DNA of 62,980 nt, counting the filler, from Choristocarpus tenellus KU-1152 (taxonomy: Eukaryota > Protista > Phaeophyceae), in the NCBI GenBank assembly GCA_964200185.2. It is 14 parts of 14 records of this genome, joined end to end, with 100 filler letters (N's around TTAATTAATTAA, not from the genome) between each part and the next. Parts side by side here need not be neighbours in the genome. Positions count along the whole stretch, not along the records: positions 1 to 3,691 come from CAXNAD020018492.1; positions 3,792 to 7,358 come from CAXNAD020019221.1; positions 7,459 to 10,259 come from CAXNAD020024633.1; positions 10,360 to 15,040 come from CAXNAD020013485.1; 10 more parts are not named here. One strand, 5' to 3'. The translations under genes and the position numbers were made by a program. Positions 1-11,909 of this stretch are shown here, one piece after another. The notes beneath the pieces are model-generated. The model had not been told where the DNA came from. It saw only the letters and a program-made list of their open reading frames with translations, and ran no database searches. Each line of letters begins with the position of its first letter. The first letter of the stretch is position 1.

Positions 1-42
<42 letters not shown>

Positions 43-1351
43 TGGACAATAGAAGCCAATACCTGCATGGACCAACCATGTACTCGGTGAGTTTATGGGC
101 AGAATTGGAAGGATATCGCACGATATTCTTCCACATGAGTGACATACGTACTATGGGAGCAATAGTAGGGGAGATGAATTGTGCACACACATACACACAC
201 ACACACACACACATACACATACACATACACGTAACCCCTCAATTCGTCCGTTGTTATTTTGTGTCCATCTGCCTAAGGATGTGAGTTATCAGGTAGTGTC
301 AGGGGAAGGGTGGGGCACAAGATTTTAGAACAAAAAAATGGGACCAGAAGAACAGCATGATGGATCAGTACACAGGTACTCCCTGTGGTGGACGCTCTCT
401 TGCGGCTTCTTCTCCGCTCAATTAGAAATTACCCCTGCCCCTCTTGCTGATGTCCTGCGAAGCAACTCTGAAGGAAGCACAAAGACTGACCCAACAATCG
501 CACTATTATACTCAGCCAAGCATTGTATCTTTTTTCATCGTAGTCTGCTGATAAAATTTGGCCAGCTACGCCAAAAATGAAGCATTTTCTTCTTGCTTCT
601 CAAGTATATTTTGTATATAGTAGAGGGTTGTGAATAGGGTTAGGGCTAGAGTTGTGAAGAGGGTCAGCTTTGGGATCAGTAGAAAGTTAGGTTATCAGAC
701 GACTTGATAATATGTCTGTCACTGCCACCCAACGCAGCAACCTACACTTACCTGGTATCAGGGGTGCTTGTATCATTGTCACATGGAACACACATGGAAC
801 ACACATGGAACACATGTTGTGTTGACAGTACGGTTGCCACATACAACCACATTGTTTTGCTGTATATTACTGAAGTTTGAGTGGGTATGGTTTGTCATGA
901 GATGTCAGACAAAATCGAAGCATGATGAGCACTTGCTACCATGGTGTGATTCATCCTTTCTCTTCATTTGAAATTTTGGACGTTGTAAGAAGAAAATGTA
1001 AGAAGCAGAGGACATTGATGGAACCCGGAAGAGTTCGTTGGAGTACCTTTATCTCTCTTCACAACTCGCGAGATTTTCGAATGTTGGCATTCTCTTCAAC
1101 ACTCACTGCTACACATAAATGCCAACCATTGGTGGAGTGGGAGGCACATGTAGTCTAAGAATACTTGAGGGTGTCGGCCAAAAGAGGAGTTGTGCGAGGA
1201 CACTTGCAAGCACCTGTTTATGCATGTGTTTATCTTTAATGGTGGTAGGGGGCATGCGTAAATAACGGCAAGAAGGCATGCAATACTGAAATAGTGGATG
1301 ATGTGGCCACACAGACCAGCACTCTATGGCACCAACAAAATAGGATTGCAC

Positions 1352-2240
1352 CTCAATGAGTTGGCCTTCCCAAGCGTCTGTCACGTCGGCGAAGGAGGTA
1401 ATATCGTTGCCTTCTCTCCCCTGGGAGTCCCTACGATACAGCCCTTGAGCACGTATTTCACCCAGGGTGGCAACCCTTCCGTCTCCGAGCTGTCCCACCC
1501 AATTCCCAAACTGGTGACCACCATAGCACCAGGAAAAAGGTCTGCATCCCTTCGGAATGTCTCCCCCTGTGAGGAAGCGGGCCGCCCTGTCCCTCCATAC
1601 CGATCCTTCCATGCCTGCTGGGTTAGAGTCGAGGTGTTCTTCATTGGCATGTTCGTCCGTCGCTATGGTCTCTACGGCGTTATGGCATAGCATGCTTTCA
1701 TCTGCTACAGATCCCTCTAGCCCGAACCTCGATGACAGTCCTGTGAGGGCAGCACCCCGCTCACTCAGTGCCACCAGGCGGGGTGCTGGGGGGTGGTCCA
1801 GGATCACAGGTGTGTGGCATGCGCCCCGCACGTCTCTTGAAACCTTGTTACGGATGGAGGATAAGGGAATATCTGAGAGTCATTGCAATACTCATGATTC
1901 ATTGGGCTACCAGGGCCAGGCTGGGGTAGTGCGACACAGACCACCGGCCTTGAAGTGAGTACGCACAATGAGGATACATCTAGGAAGAGGAGGAGCATAA
2001 GGCCTTACGGGATCAGGTTCAGAGGCCGCCTCACCTTGTAGTTATCTAGGTCGCAAGCATCGGTGTATGGCTGACTCTCGAACAAGGGTTCATCGTCTTC
2101 CAGTCCATCCAGTCCTGCAAACCCCCCAAAGAGCTCTTCAGAAGGGAGCTCAGTATACCTACCAGGTTCTACGAGCACCCACGGCCATTGCAAATCACCC
2201 TCATGACCAGAGATGTCACTTGTAGCGAAAGGGGAATGCG
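1352..2240 (-). CDS. SELENOO: SelO/YdiU (UPF0061) protein adenylyltransferase, partial; exons ~2240-2035 and 1843-1352
   Basis: A phase-0 GT-AG join gives ...ELPSE...DNYK|VSRDVRGACHTPV...PRLVALS...YGGHQFGNWVGQLGDGRVATLGE...LIE|gt. YxGHQFG...GQLGDGR is the SelO signature. The downstream LKGxG exon was not found in this contig. A possible upstream exon lies at ~2490-2750. Confidence 0.88.
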
Positions 2241-3691
2241 CTGTACAGACGGAACACCAATTAGCAGGGATGTAGGCAGGGCGACGACGAAGTGCAAACG
2301 CACTCCCAAAGCAAGAAAGATTCTGTTGGCAACCGAGCGAGAGGGCTGCAGGCCTTGAGTTGGCCAGTCGCATCCTTAGTAGGACCAGTTTGCAAGTTGC
2401 AGTTGGGTTTAAAGTTTGGACTAGAATCGTCTAGGGTTAGGGTAACGTTTCCGTACCACTCCACCCTATACTACAAAATCACATCACCCAGTAGTGCTAC
2501 TGAAATCCTAGGGCGTGTGTCTAAAGTCAGCTCTATACCAGAGTCCACTCCTCCTGAATGCTTCGTTCTCGTTGCGGTGTCATCGCGCCTCTTTGACAGT
2601 GATGACTTCAGAAGTGGACACCTACTTGCTGTCGCTGTATATCCTAACAGGGTCTCCCACAGTTGACACCCGTACGGCTCTCGAATCGATACCATGACCG
2701 TGGGGAGTTGCGGTGTGACAATACTACTGGGGCGAAATTCAGGCATGGTGCATGAGGTCCTTGACCACCAGACTATTTTCCAGTGACACGCAGCTGTGGT
2801 ACACAATGGGTCCAAATGTGTGTTTGCTGTCGACCTTGGCTCTACGCATGATACCTATGTGAGCGGCGTTCGCATCCAGTTGATTGGAAGATGATGTGCT
2901 ACATCGTGCGATATTATGAGTATCAACAAGGATGAGGGAAGGGTGTACAGAAGGAAAGGCAGCAAAAGCCGTCAAAATAAAGAAACAGGTTGGTTGAAGC
3001 TTGGGTGATGGGGGGTTGGGGCACCAGGCACAAGGCGAGGGTAGGGAGGGTGATCAGGACGAGGAAGAGGAGGAGGAGGAGGAAGAGAAAAGACAACGTG
3101 TCAGGAACGTAATGAACCAAATATCATTGCCGATATTGCATGAGGTAGAGCTTGTCGCACGAGAGGTGTCAGCACACCTCTTTCCCCACCCCCACTAAGG
3201 TCACTTTCTTCCTCCTCTGTTGGTCGCAGACCTTTTCCAGGTGTAGCAGAGAGGTCACCCTTACTCTCCCTGTCTCGCATTGGGTCAGCTGTAACGGCAA
3301 TCTCTGCCTCTCTTCTGCACCGGGAATCCCGGCAGACTCTAGGAAATATCTTCACCTCCCATGCCCCCCCTTCAGGTACAGGCTTTGGGGTCATGGACCA
3401 GTACCCCCCCTTCCCCTGCTGCAGCATGCGTCACTGGTGGGAACTGGGGACCAGGTTGACCTTCTTCCCTTAACGCTTGTCCCAGGCTGCTCCAAATGAC
3501 AGGGGAAGAATCCCTGCTAGCTTTGCCTCCCGCTCTACCTCCTCATCTGCTGGGCAACATTCTGAAGTCCTTGTGGTACATTTTTTCTTTGGGGTGGTAG
3601 CCTTGGTCGAGGCATTCACATGCCTATCCCGGTGGGTCTTTTGTCCTTCTGTAGATGCAAGACTCCGGGTGGGGGGGGGGGGGGGGGGGGG

Positions 3692-3791
3692 NNNNNNNNN
3701 NNNNNNNNNNNNNNNNNNNNNNNNNNNNNNNNNNNTTAATTAATTAANNNNNNNNNNNNNNNNNNNNNNNNNNNNNNNNNNNNNNNNNNNN
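3692..3791. other. Artificial contig-joining spacer (first of 13)
   Basis: 44 N + TTAATTAATTAA (stops in all six frames) + 44 N. Identical spacers at 7359-7458, 10260-10359, 15041-15140, 22149-22248, 25744-25843, 31885-31984, 39683-39782, 42626-42725, 46179-46278, 50488-50587, 53301-53400 and 57278-57377. Confidence 0.97.
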
Positions 3792-3884
3792 CGTAAGGAT
3801 GTGTTCCACGTCGGATTTGCTATGCGGATTCAAAAATTAACCTTTGCAGTGCATACAATCCCCCCCCCCCCCCCGTGAACTCAC

Positions 3885-4064
3885 CTCTTCCTCGGTTGGG
3901 GACTTCGCGGCAGCGTGAACCCAGAGATTTCCTCGGTGCGAGGTGCCCCAGCTCCGCCCCTCAACTCGCTTGATGCCCATGACCAGCAGGGATGCCCAGG
4001 GCTGATGTAATGTGATACACGTGTTTCTATCGCCCTTGACCATAAACGGCATTGATGAGGTCAT
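3885..4064 (-). CDS. ASCH (ASC-1 homology) domain protein, first coding exon
   Basis: CITLHQPWASLLVMGIKRVEGRSWGTSHRGNLWVHAAAK matches the ASCH motifs QPWA, GxKxxExR and RGxLxIHA. Donor GAG|GTGAG at 3885/3884. Confidence 0.9.
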
Positions 4065-4665
4065 TGCTTACCTCAAATAAAACATGGTGTGAAGTAGTAA
4101 TATGGATTTTATGTGGAGTAGGAGTGTATAACCCGAAACAAAGGCAGATTCAATGTGCGACACAATCAGGTATATATAATAAGGTATATGTGTTGTGAGC
4201 TGAACATCAACCAGTCCCTAGAAATGACCGGTTTGCAGACTTGCAGAGGTATATCAAGATATATCTTCGACAGAGAGGCGTTCTAGTACGCTACCATAAG
4301 GACTTGGCGCTTTGTCAGTGGTCCTGACCAGTATTGCTGTTCAACCTAGGGCGGAAGGCTGCTGAGGTTGGGACTACCCTTCAACCTTGAGCAACAACGA
4401 AATCACAACAAAACCTCTTCAAGTCGAATCTTGCCCTAGTAGCAGCTCCAATCTCATGGAGCCCAGTGTGATGGCTAGATCTTTTTCCCTCTCTCTATTC
4501 GACATGATCAAGTTGTTATTCTTAGCCACAAGTCTAAACCTGCTGCAATCCTGAAAGTTGCCCTCTCAAAACATTTGTACAACAAACCTCTGCTTAGGTG
4601 AGGTTCAACAAGGTTCAAGGGTCTTGCGAACTAAGCTTCTTCTCGGAAAAGATAATTTTGTTGCA

Positions 4666-5217
4666 ATGGCTAGGTGGGGGCGCCCCTTAGCCGTTGTCGC
4701 AGCGTCTCTACTGGTACTTGTGGCAATTTCACGTTGGACCTTTGTAGTGGGGGCAGGAACTGGTGGTGACAACCTGGACCCAGCCCGTGCATATGAGTGA
4801 GTTATTCCTTGTAGTAGTCGGTTACTTGCTTGAAACCCAGTTGAATCTTCAACGATGTATCTATCCCCACCCAAGACCGCACGATCGACGAGATGTATAG
4901 GTCGCTTCTTCCTGCTTGTTGATCCTGCCTATATTTTCTTACTGCCTTAGAAGAGCCTTGGAAGCTGATCTTGGTTGGCGAGGTTAGCCGAGAAGGAAGG
5001 ATGAAAAGAGCGAGTGACTGAACGTGAGGATTGTACAGACGTGCAAGAAAATTTATGCTCATGTAAACACTTCCGTTGTGTGCATGGCAATAATGCATCA
5101 ATAATTTCCACTGGCTCCATGAGGGCAGGGCGATTTAGCTTGGATTTTTTTGGTCATAATTTTTCTTCGGTGATCACATCATTTTTTGCAGTGATAGAAC
5201 AAGGCAATATGCAGCAG
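4666..5217 (+). CDS. Putative secreted or membrane protein, 5' exons (4666-4796, 4951-4982, 5192-5217)
   Basis: MARWGRPLAVVAASLLVLVAISRW is signal-peptide-like. Phase-compatible GT-AG joins give ...DPARAYE|RALEADLGWR|VIEQGNMQQ. No family recognised. Confidence 0.5.
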
Positions 5218-6847
5218 GTGATGGTGGGAACATTTTATGTTTCATCGACAATCATTACCTCTCTGGAGATGTTATGTTTACATGCATGCAATTCCACCAT
5301 GAGTATACATCTACGGAAGCAATCGTAACTGATCGCTGACAAGAATTGCCTTACTATTCTTGTTCGTTGCATGGGCATTAGAAGGTAGTAATGCTTGTAG
5401 CATAAATGGACAGGTTAGACCATGCTAAATCCAAGTGCGTACTGGTCGCACACAAGAGGTGAAGAGGAAGTATTGTTGTATATGCATACTTGTAGTTGGA
5501 GGGTGAGGTTTATTCATAGGTGTATTACCTTCAAATGCATGTGAAAACCTGTGAGTAGGTACTTCCGAACATGTAATGATCGGTGTTCGTTTCATTATTG
5601 AAAGTATGAGAGCCAAGCCAATGGAGAGGTGGTAGAGACCGGTTTGGCCCCTATTGCACTCCAAGCCATTTTTCTTACCCTGTGCAACACACTGTATTTC
5701 ATTGCTTAATGTGCACATTAGCTCACGCAAAATTGATATTCCCCCTTTCAACGCGCAAATCGACACCACAATTCAGCAAAGGCTCTTTCTGCAGTTGCAC
5801 AACAACAGCATCGTTTTGCCCTTTCCTCGGGATCGATTTGTAACACGACCTTTTGCCTGCCTCTTTGATTGGTCTAGCTCTGCGTTATTGTGTTGGTTGC
5901 CACGTGTGCCAACCTTTTGAAAAACGAACGAATTGGAATTGGAACCTGGGACCTTGCGAAGGCGCAGTCCTCAGGAACGGAACAGAAGCGGTCTTGTGTG
6001 ACGGAAGTTATTTCTGATACTCCAATACTTTTCCTTCAAGGACAGGACACGCACGCCTTCTCGGTGATCAACACCACTCAGGGCAACTCATCCCTTTGAT
6101 GCAGTGTCCGTTGCAGCTGCGGGGTGGACTGCGTGTTCACGGTGAAGGCTACGACTAGCATCCCGCGCCCCCGTTTTTTTTTTTTTTTGTTTGTTTGTTG
6201 GAGCAACCGACGGACCGACGACGCCTTCCATCACCGTGTGCGGATTGTATGTGTAGAGCCGGTGTGAAATTTGCTAAGCAAACGCCTTTCAAGCCTGGAG
6301 CGTAGAGTGGGACAGGCGATTGATTGGGCAGACCAGGCGCGCCAGTTTCTCTCCGCCTTGTAATTTATTTATTTATTTATTTTTGAAGTTGGGGGCTTTT
6401 GGTTAGGAGTTAGGGTCAAGGGCTCGAAAGAAATGCATGGAAGGCGTGTTGTTTTTTCACGATGAGGATGACTTATTGTTTGGATGAAATGTCGCTGGAT
6501 ACTTCAATGCAGGGTACCGGGTTTGTTTTGGTGAGCGAATTATTCGGGCTCTGGACTGTGTGTATATAGCATATATATATATACACGTACGTAGTAGGTC
6601 ACATTTTTTTTATTTATTATTTATTATTTTTGTTTGTTATCCTTCATTGCATTATGTGGAGCAAGTCCAGTTAATTGTAACGTTGATGATAATGCTTCCT
6701 TGTTAAAGAGGGTTAGGGTTAGGGTCACGGTCAGGCCGTCTGCACCGAGAGGTATGGTTTGTTCATTTAATTATTTTTTTAATCAACACTTTTTTCTGTT
6801 TTTTTTACTTTTTTTTTCTTTATATGAAACTCTCGCATCGACTTGAT

Positions 6848-6885
<38 letters not shown>

Positions 6886-7144
6886 TAGTTGTACACACAC
6901 ACACACGGCCAGCCTGCAGAGCGCTCCAGTTCTTTATTTTTTTTGTAATGTCATGAAACTGCAACTTTTTTGTATCGGTTTGATGGTCGCATTTTGTACC
7001 AAAGAAAAAAAACATTATACACAGCATTTGCTTCTTTTTTATTGTTTATCGATTTTTGATGTACGAAGAAATATATATATAATTACTATTTCAGCTCTGA
7101 AATATATATATATATATACTTTTTTTTTTTTATTTATTTTTGTA

Positions 7145-7350
7145 CTCCCTCTGTCCCCCAAATCGTCTGTTCCTATGTACATGTCAAATCGTCTGTTCCT
7201 ATGTACATGTACCTCTTTGGGATGACCTCCGATTTAAAAAAAGTTTTTTTTTTTTTCATTGGATTCCTCGGAAAATTGTACGGAAGATAAGTTACATACA
7301 TCGGAAGAACACATCCCAAAATTGTTCTGAGAAATATGGAACAGAGGTCA
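7145..7350. mobile_element. Stowaway/mariner-like MITE candidate
   Basis: TA followed by CTCCCTCTGTCCC at 7143-7157. An imperfect inverted counterpart ATGGAACAGAGGTCAG lies ~190 bp downstream, at the contig end. Confidence 0.4.
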
Positions 7351-7699
7351 GGCGGGGGNNNNNNNNNNNNNNNNNNNNNNNNNNNNNNNNNNNNNNNNNN
7401 NNTTAATTAATTAANNNNNNNNNNNNNNNNNNNNNNNNNNNNNNNNNNNNNNNNNNNNCCAGAGCTAGACATACTGGGGGAGCCAGAATTTCATGACGAC
7501 ATGAACATGGATATCAGAGATGAAGAAGAGGCTTCCACAACAGGGAGCGAGACTGGGGGTGAGAGCCAAAACATTGGGCGTAGGGCTCAAGATGCAAAGC
7601 GCTCAACATCCACCCAAAGCCAAGATATTTCTCCCAAGATAGGACAGAACCACTTAGTGTCAATCATGCAGCAGAACAACAAAGACATGTACTGCCTTA

Positions 7700-7830
7700 T
7701 GGGTATCATGGGGAAGTAACAACAGGTGCAGGCAAAGCCATCTACAACCAAAGCGGCCTTGAGTGGGCCAAATGAAGATCAGTGGCAGGAGATCATGGAG
7801 AAGGAAATGTCAGGTTATGGAAGAAGGGGA
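7700..7830 (+). mobile_element. Ty1/Copia pol fragment (integrase-RT junction)
   Basis: PSTTKAALSGPNEDQWQEIMEKEMSG resembles the Copia 'P.TY.EAL....W..AM..E' motif just before RT. Confidence 0.55.
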
Positions 7831-9201
7831 CTCTTGGCATTAAGTATATTCCAACACACAAGCAATTGGCAAACGTGTTAACAAGTCTTTACGCAAGAGT
7901 TTCATTTCTGATTTTATGCATTCTGTGCTTTCACGTGTGCAATATAGGCTGGTAGTCTATATGGCTTATACATGTTTAGTGACCGCTACTGGATAACAGG
8001 AATGTTGACTAAGTGGAACAAATGCCATTGACTTGTGTTTGTATGCTGAAAGTAATGGGTTCCAATCTCAGATGATCGATTTCTTATTACTTGATATAAA
8101 TAGACTGATGGAGGAGTTTTGACATAGTACTAGCTGCACAGGATAAGTGACATAATACGATGTAACGGCAGGACATGTTTTGATGTGTCAGCTGATGTGT
8201 CAGCTGATATATGTAATAAATAATAAGATAATAAGAGAGAGCACCCCCCACCACCGAGGGCAGTGCTCACTCCGCTAATAAACACATCCATACCACACAA
8301 AGCAAAATACTCTACTTGAGTAGCTCTCTTTTGCAAAGAATCCCTGCAGCACATCACACCATTATTTCTAGCCCTAATGCTGCCCTTCCCCTCACCCAAG
8401 AGTGTATGAGGACATATACAGCAGTATAAATTGCACATAAAAATTCGAATTCATACTCGTGTGTTGACCTAGTCCTATTACACAGTGCACCGTACCCACT
8501 ACTGTTCCACTACTATCCTTAGTAAAAACCAAACTTGTACTGAGATCGACAAGGGCAATACAAACTCAAGTAGGTCTGGACATTAACGAGTACGACCAAG
8601 GACAGCCGGACACAACAGAGATTTCTTTTTACACATAAACCAGCACCACAAGGGCTATGCAAAAGTACACAAATACAACTCCAAGCATGTGTCTCCAGAG
8701 TGGAAAATCAATCCTGTATCGAAAAGGTCCAAGGGATATTGTGCATAATATCATCGTGGAACGTTGGAGGAGGGAGAATCAGCGCGTGCAGTGAAGAAGT
8801 TCATAGATATTCGATCCTGATACTGGCGAGAAACAATGGCGCAAATCCTAGTAGATATCATCCGTTTGGAAAACAGATCCATGCTATGGAACGGCACGAA
8901 TGCGGGAGTTTTGTGAGTTGACGTAGGGCATCTTCATCAAATAACCGTGTAGTATGGAACATTGGCAACATAGTCCATTCGTTGTTGTCTCCCATCTTCT
9001 CTCCTGTACTTGTGACGTGCCATAGATCTTCTTCTCACCTTGGCCATCATCATCCCCTCCCCCTATCCGCTTTGGTACTAATGCCTGTTCTGCATCGTGC
9101 ATGTTAGTTGGTTGAAAACAACAACCCCAGGAATCAATCGTGTCGCGTTTCATATAGGAACCTCCTTCCGATACGACCCTCTTCATCTACCCTCTTCTCA
9201 C

Positions 9202-9472
9202 CTCTGTTGTTGACACCAGCTGGCCTCCGGGACGGCCAACAGCAATGCCCTCGTACAGTAACAGTTTCAGGTTTCTCTCACCGGGTAAATACCAGCGGTA
9301 TACCCTGCCGGTCCGCTGCCTATCATTACCAGGTTCTCCACATCCAGGCCTTCTCCCTCAACATTTTCTCCAGTTATCATGCTAACACGGACTCCACGGT
9401 GTCCAATTATCGATCGTCCCAGTTTTGTCTGAGGGTACCCAGACTTTGAAGGCCGCAGCTCCTTCCATCCGC
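9202..9472 (-). pseudogene. NADPH-dependent thioredoxin reductase (TrxB/NTR family) N-terminal exon, frameshifted
   Basis: [19 protein letters not shown] is followed, after a 1-nt frameshift near 9273, by NLKLLLYEGIAVGRPGGQLVSTTE|gtgag (family consensus [27 protein letters not shown]...GGQLMTTTEVENF). Acceptor TTAG at 9473. Several non-conservative substitutions. Confidence 0.8.
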
Positions 9473-10359
9473 CTAAGAGAAATACATAGTAGTACAATAG
9501 CAGGCTTCATCATAGTCCCACATCCCTACATGGGAGGTAATGTGGACGTGTCTTGTCGATATCAATTAAGTATTGAGATGTTATATCACACAACCAACAT
9601 ACTACCAGCGCCATTTCAACGTGGCTATTTGCCTGCACTTCAAAACAAACGGTCTCATCTCTATATTTACTTCAGTTGATCGCCCAAAACAATTCTTGGA
9701 TTCAACAAATGCGAAGAGACGTGAGAAAGATTGACTCACAAACTAAAGCCAAACATTGGCTCTTTCATAGACTAACTTGTGTCCAATGATGCATGATCTG
9801 GTAGTGTCCTCAACACGAATATTGTGGAGAAGACATAAAACTCATGCCAAGTAAGTAACCCAGTTCCAGTAAGTGATGCTGCAGCATTAAAGCATATCGC
9901 ACCTCCTGGGGTAGATGGGGTCCATGGGTTGGAACTAAGACGCAGCACTGCATCCTGCATAGCATGGTATTTGTTGCATATTCTTGCTCCAGATGGCATG
10001 AATGTGTTGAACTATCCCACACTGGACCCGCAGCTTTTATGGTGCTTTAATGAAGGACAAAGAACAGCTTGATATAGATGAATAACGTTAATATTACAAG
10101 GGTCTTTGTGGTCTCGATTCCGCTGACTAAGCGTGTGGGTGAGACTAGCCTAAACTACCATATTATTATTCTACAGTGTGGGATTTGTAATCGTCCACAC
10201 TAACTTACTATGAATTACTTACTTACTTATCTTCAGTATAGAAAGTGTATCTTGAACATNNNNNNNNNNNNNNNNNNNNNNNNNNNNNNNNNNNNNNNNN
10301 NNNTTAATTAATTAANNNNNNNNNNNNNNNNNNNNNNNNNNNNNNNNNNNNNNNNNNNN

Positions 10360-11909
10360 GAGTGGCTGAGGACTATATCAAACCCCTAGATTCAGACAAT
10401 GAACGAAGATCACCACAAGACATTGGCGACAAGCTGGGAGAGGGAGACAAGGTGGAGGCGCGGTATAGGGGAAGGGGGAAATACTACAGAGGCAAGATTA
10501 GCCGTGTGAACTCCGATGACACGTTTGACATCAACTATGATGATGGGGAGAAGGATATAGGCTTGTCTCAGGAGCATATCAGGCCTCTTGAATCTCAAGG
10601 GAGTGTGAGATCACCTGGGCGAAATGGGAAGATGAGAGAGGGGGACAAGGTGGAGGCGCGGTATAGGGGTCGAGGCAAGTACTACAGAGGTAAAATTGCT
10701 CGTGTGAACTCTGATGGCACGTTTGACATCAACTATGATGATGGGGAAAAGGATAGGGGACTAGCCGAGGAGCATATCAAGCCCCTGGAGGCTGCAGGTG
10801 GTGGGGTATCTGACCGACGGCGTGGTGGGGCCTTGCTGGAGGGAGACAAGGTGGAAGTCAACTGTCGCGGCAAGGGCAAGTACTACAAGGGACGGATAGC
10901 ACGTGTGAACCTAGATGGCACATTCAATATCGACTATGATGATGGAGAGAAGGAGCGTGGTGTATCTGAAGATATGATTAAGGTGCTCAATGGAGATTCT
11001 GGGAATGACCTCGGAGGATCTGGCCGTGACAGTGAAAGAGATGGCAAGGGAGGTGAGCAATTGCTAGAGGGGGACAAGGTGGAGGCCAGGTACAGAGGTA
11101 GAGGCAAGTACTATCGTGGCAAGATTGCTCGTGTTAACTCTGACGGCACATTTGACATTGACTATGATGATGGTGAGAAGGAGAGGGGATTGTCTCATGA
11201 ACACATAAAACCTTCAAAAAAAGGTACCAACAGACACTCTGACTACACCATGCCTAGTACAATCGTTGAAGGGGACAAGGTGGAGGTCAACTACCGTGGT
11301 AAGGGTCATTACTACAAGGGTCGTGTGGCACGCTTAAATTCTGATGGCACTTTCAATATCAACTATGATGATGGAGAGATAGAATATGATGTCATTGAAG
11401 ATATGGTCCGTCTACTCAGTGGAGGGGACCAAGGACTTGTACAAAACCAGGGTCATCCTAACGGATATGATGACCATGGCAAGTATGGTGGAAATGTTTT
11501 GGAGGTTGGGGATAATGTGGAGGCCAATTACCGTGGCAAGGGTCGTTACTACAAGGGCAAGATTTCTCGGGTGAATGGCAATGGCACGTTTGACATTAAC
11601 TACGAGGATGGCGCAAAGGAGCTTGGGGCCTCGAGATCCCTGATCAAATTGCTCGAATCAAGCAGAAATAAAAGTCGACATGGGATAGGCAAGGGCAGTA
11701 TGTGGCTTGAAGGCGATAAAGTAGAGGCCAACTACAGGGGCAGTGGTCGTTTCTTCAAAGGTCGCATTGGCCGCATTAACCTTGATGGGACATTCAACAT
11801 TGAATATGATGATGGGGAAAAAGAGAGTGGAGTTCCTGGAGACAGGGTACGATCCCCCAAGGCCAAGGCCATTGGTAGGAAATACGGAGCACGGGGGGGG
11901 ACTCCTTGA
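10360..11909 (+). CDS. Tandem Tudor-like (Royal family) repeat protein, 5'-truncated, at least 7 repeats
   Basis: Uninterrupted 515-aa frame with seven ~52-aa units GDKVEA/V(R/N)YRGxGKYYxGxIxRVNxDGTFxIxYDDGEKE, plus the tail of an eighth at the contig start. May splice at 11874 (G|GTAGG) to a short terminal exon after the acceptor at ~11992. Confidence 0.88.

Noticed and set aside
1844-1950. In-frame TGA/TAG codons upstream of the SelO exon as Sec recoding or pseudogenisation
   Set aside because: They fall inside a clean phase-0 GT-AG intron (2034-1844).
3000-3691. GA-rich ORF fragments (poly-Glu etc.)
   Set aside because: Short, interrupted by stops and low complexity; cannot be assigned.
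8550-9180. Broken hydrophobic peptides on the - strand downstream of the TrxR pseudo-exon
   Set aside because: They are not the expected TrxR continuation and no family is recognisable.
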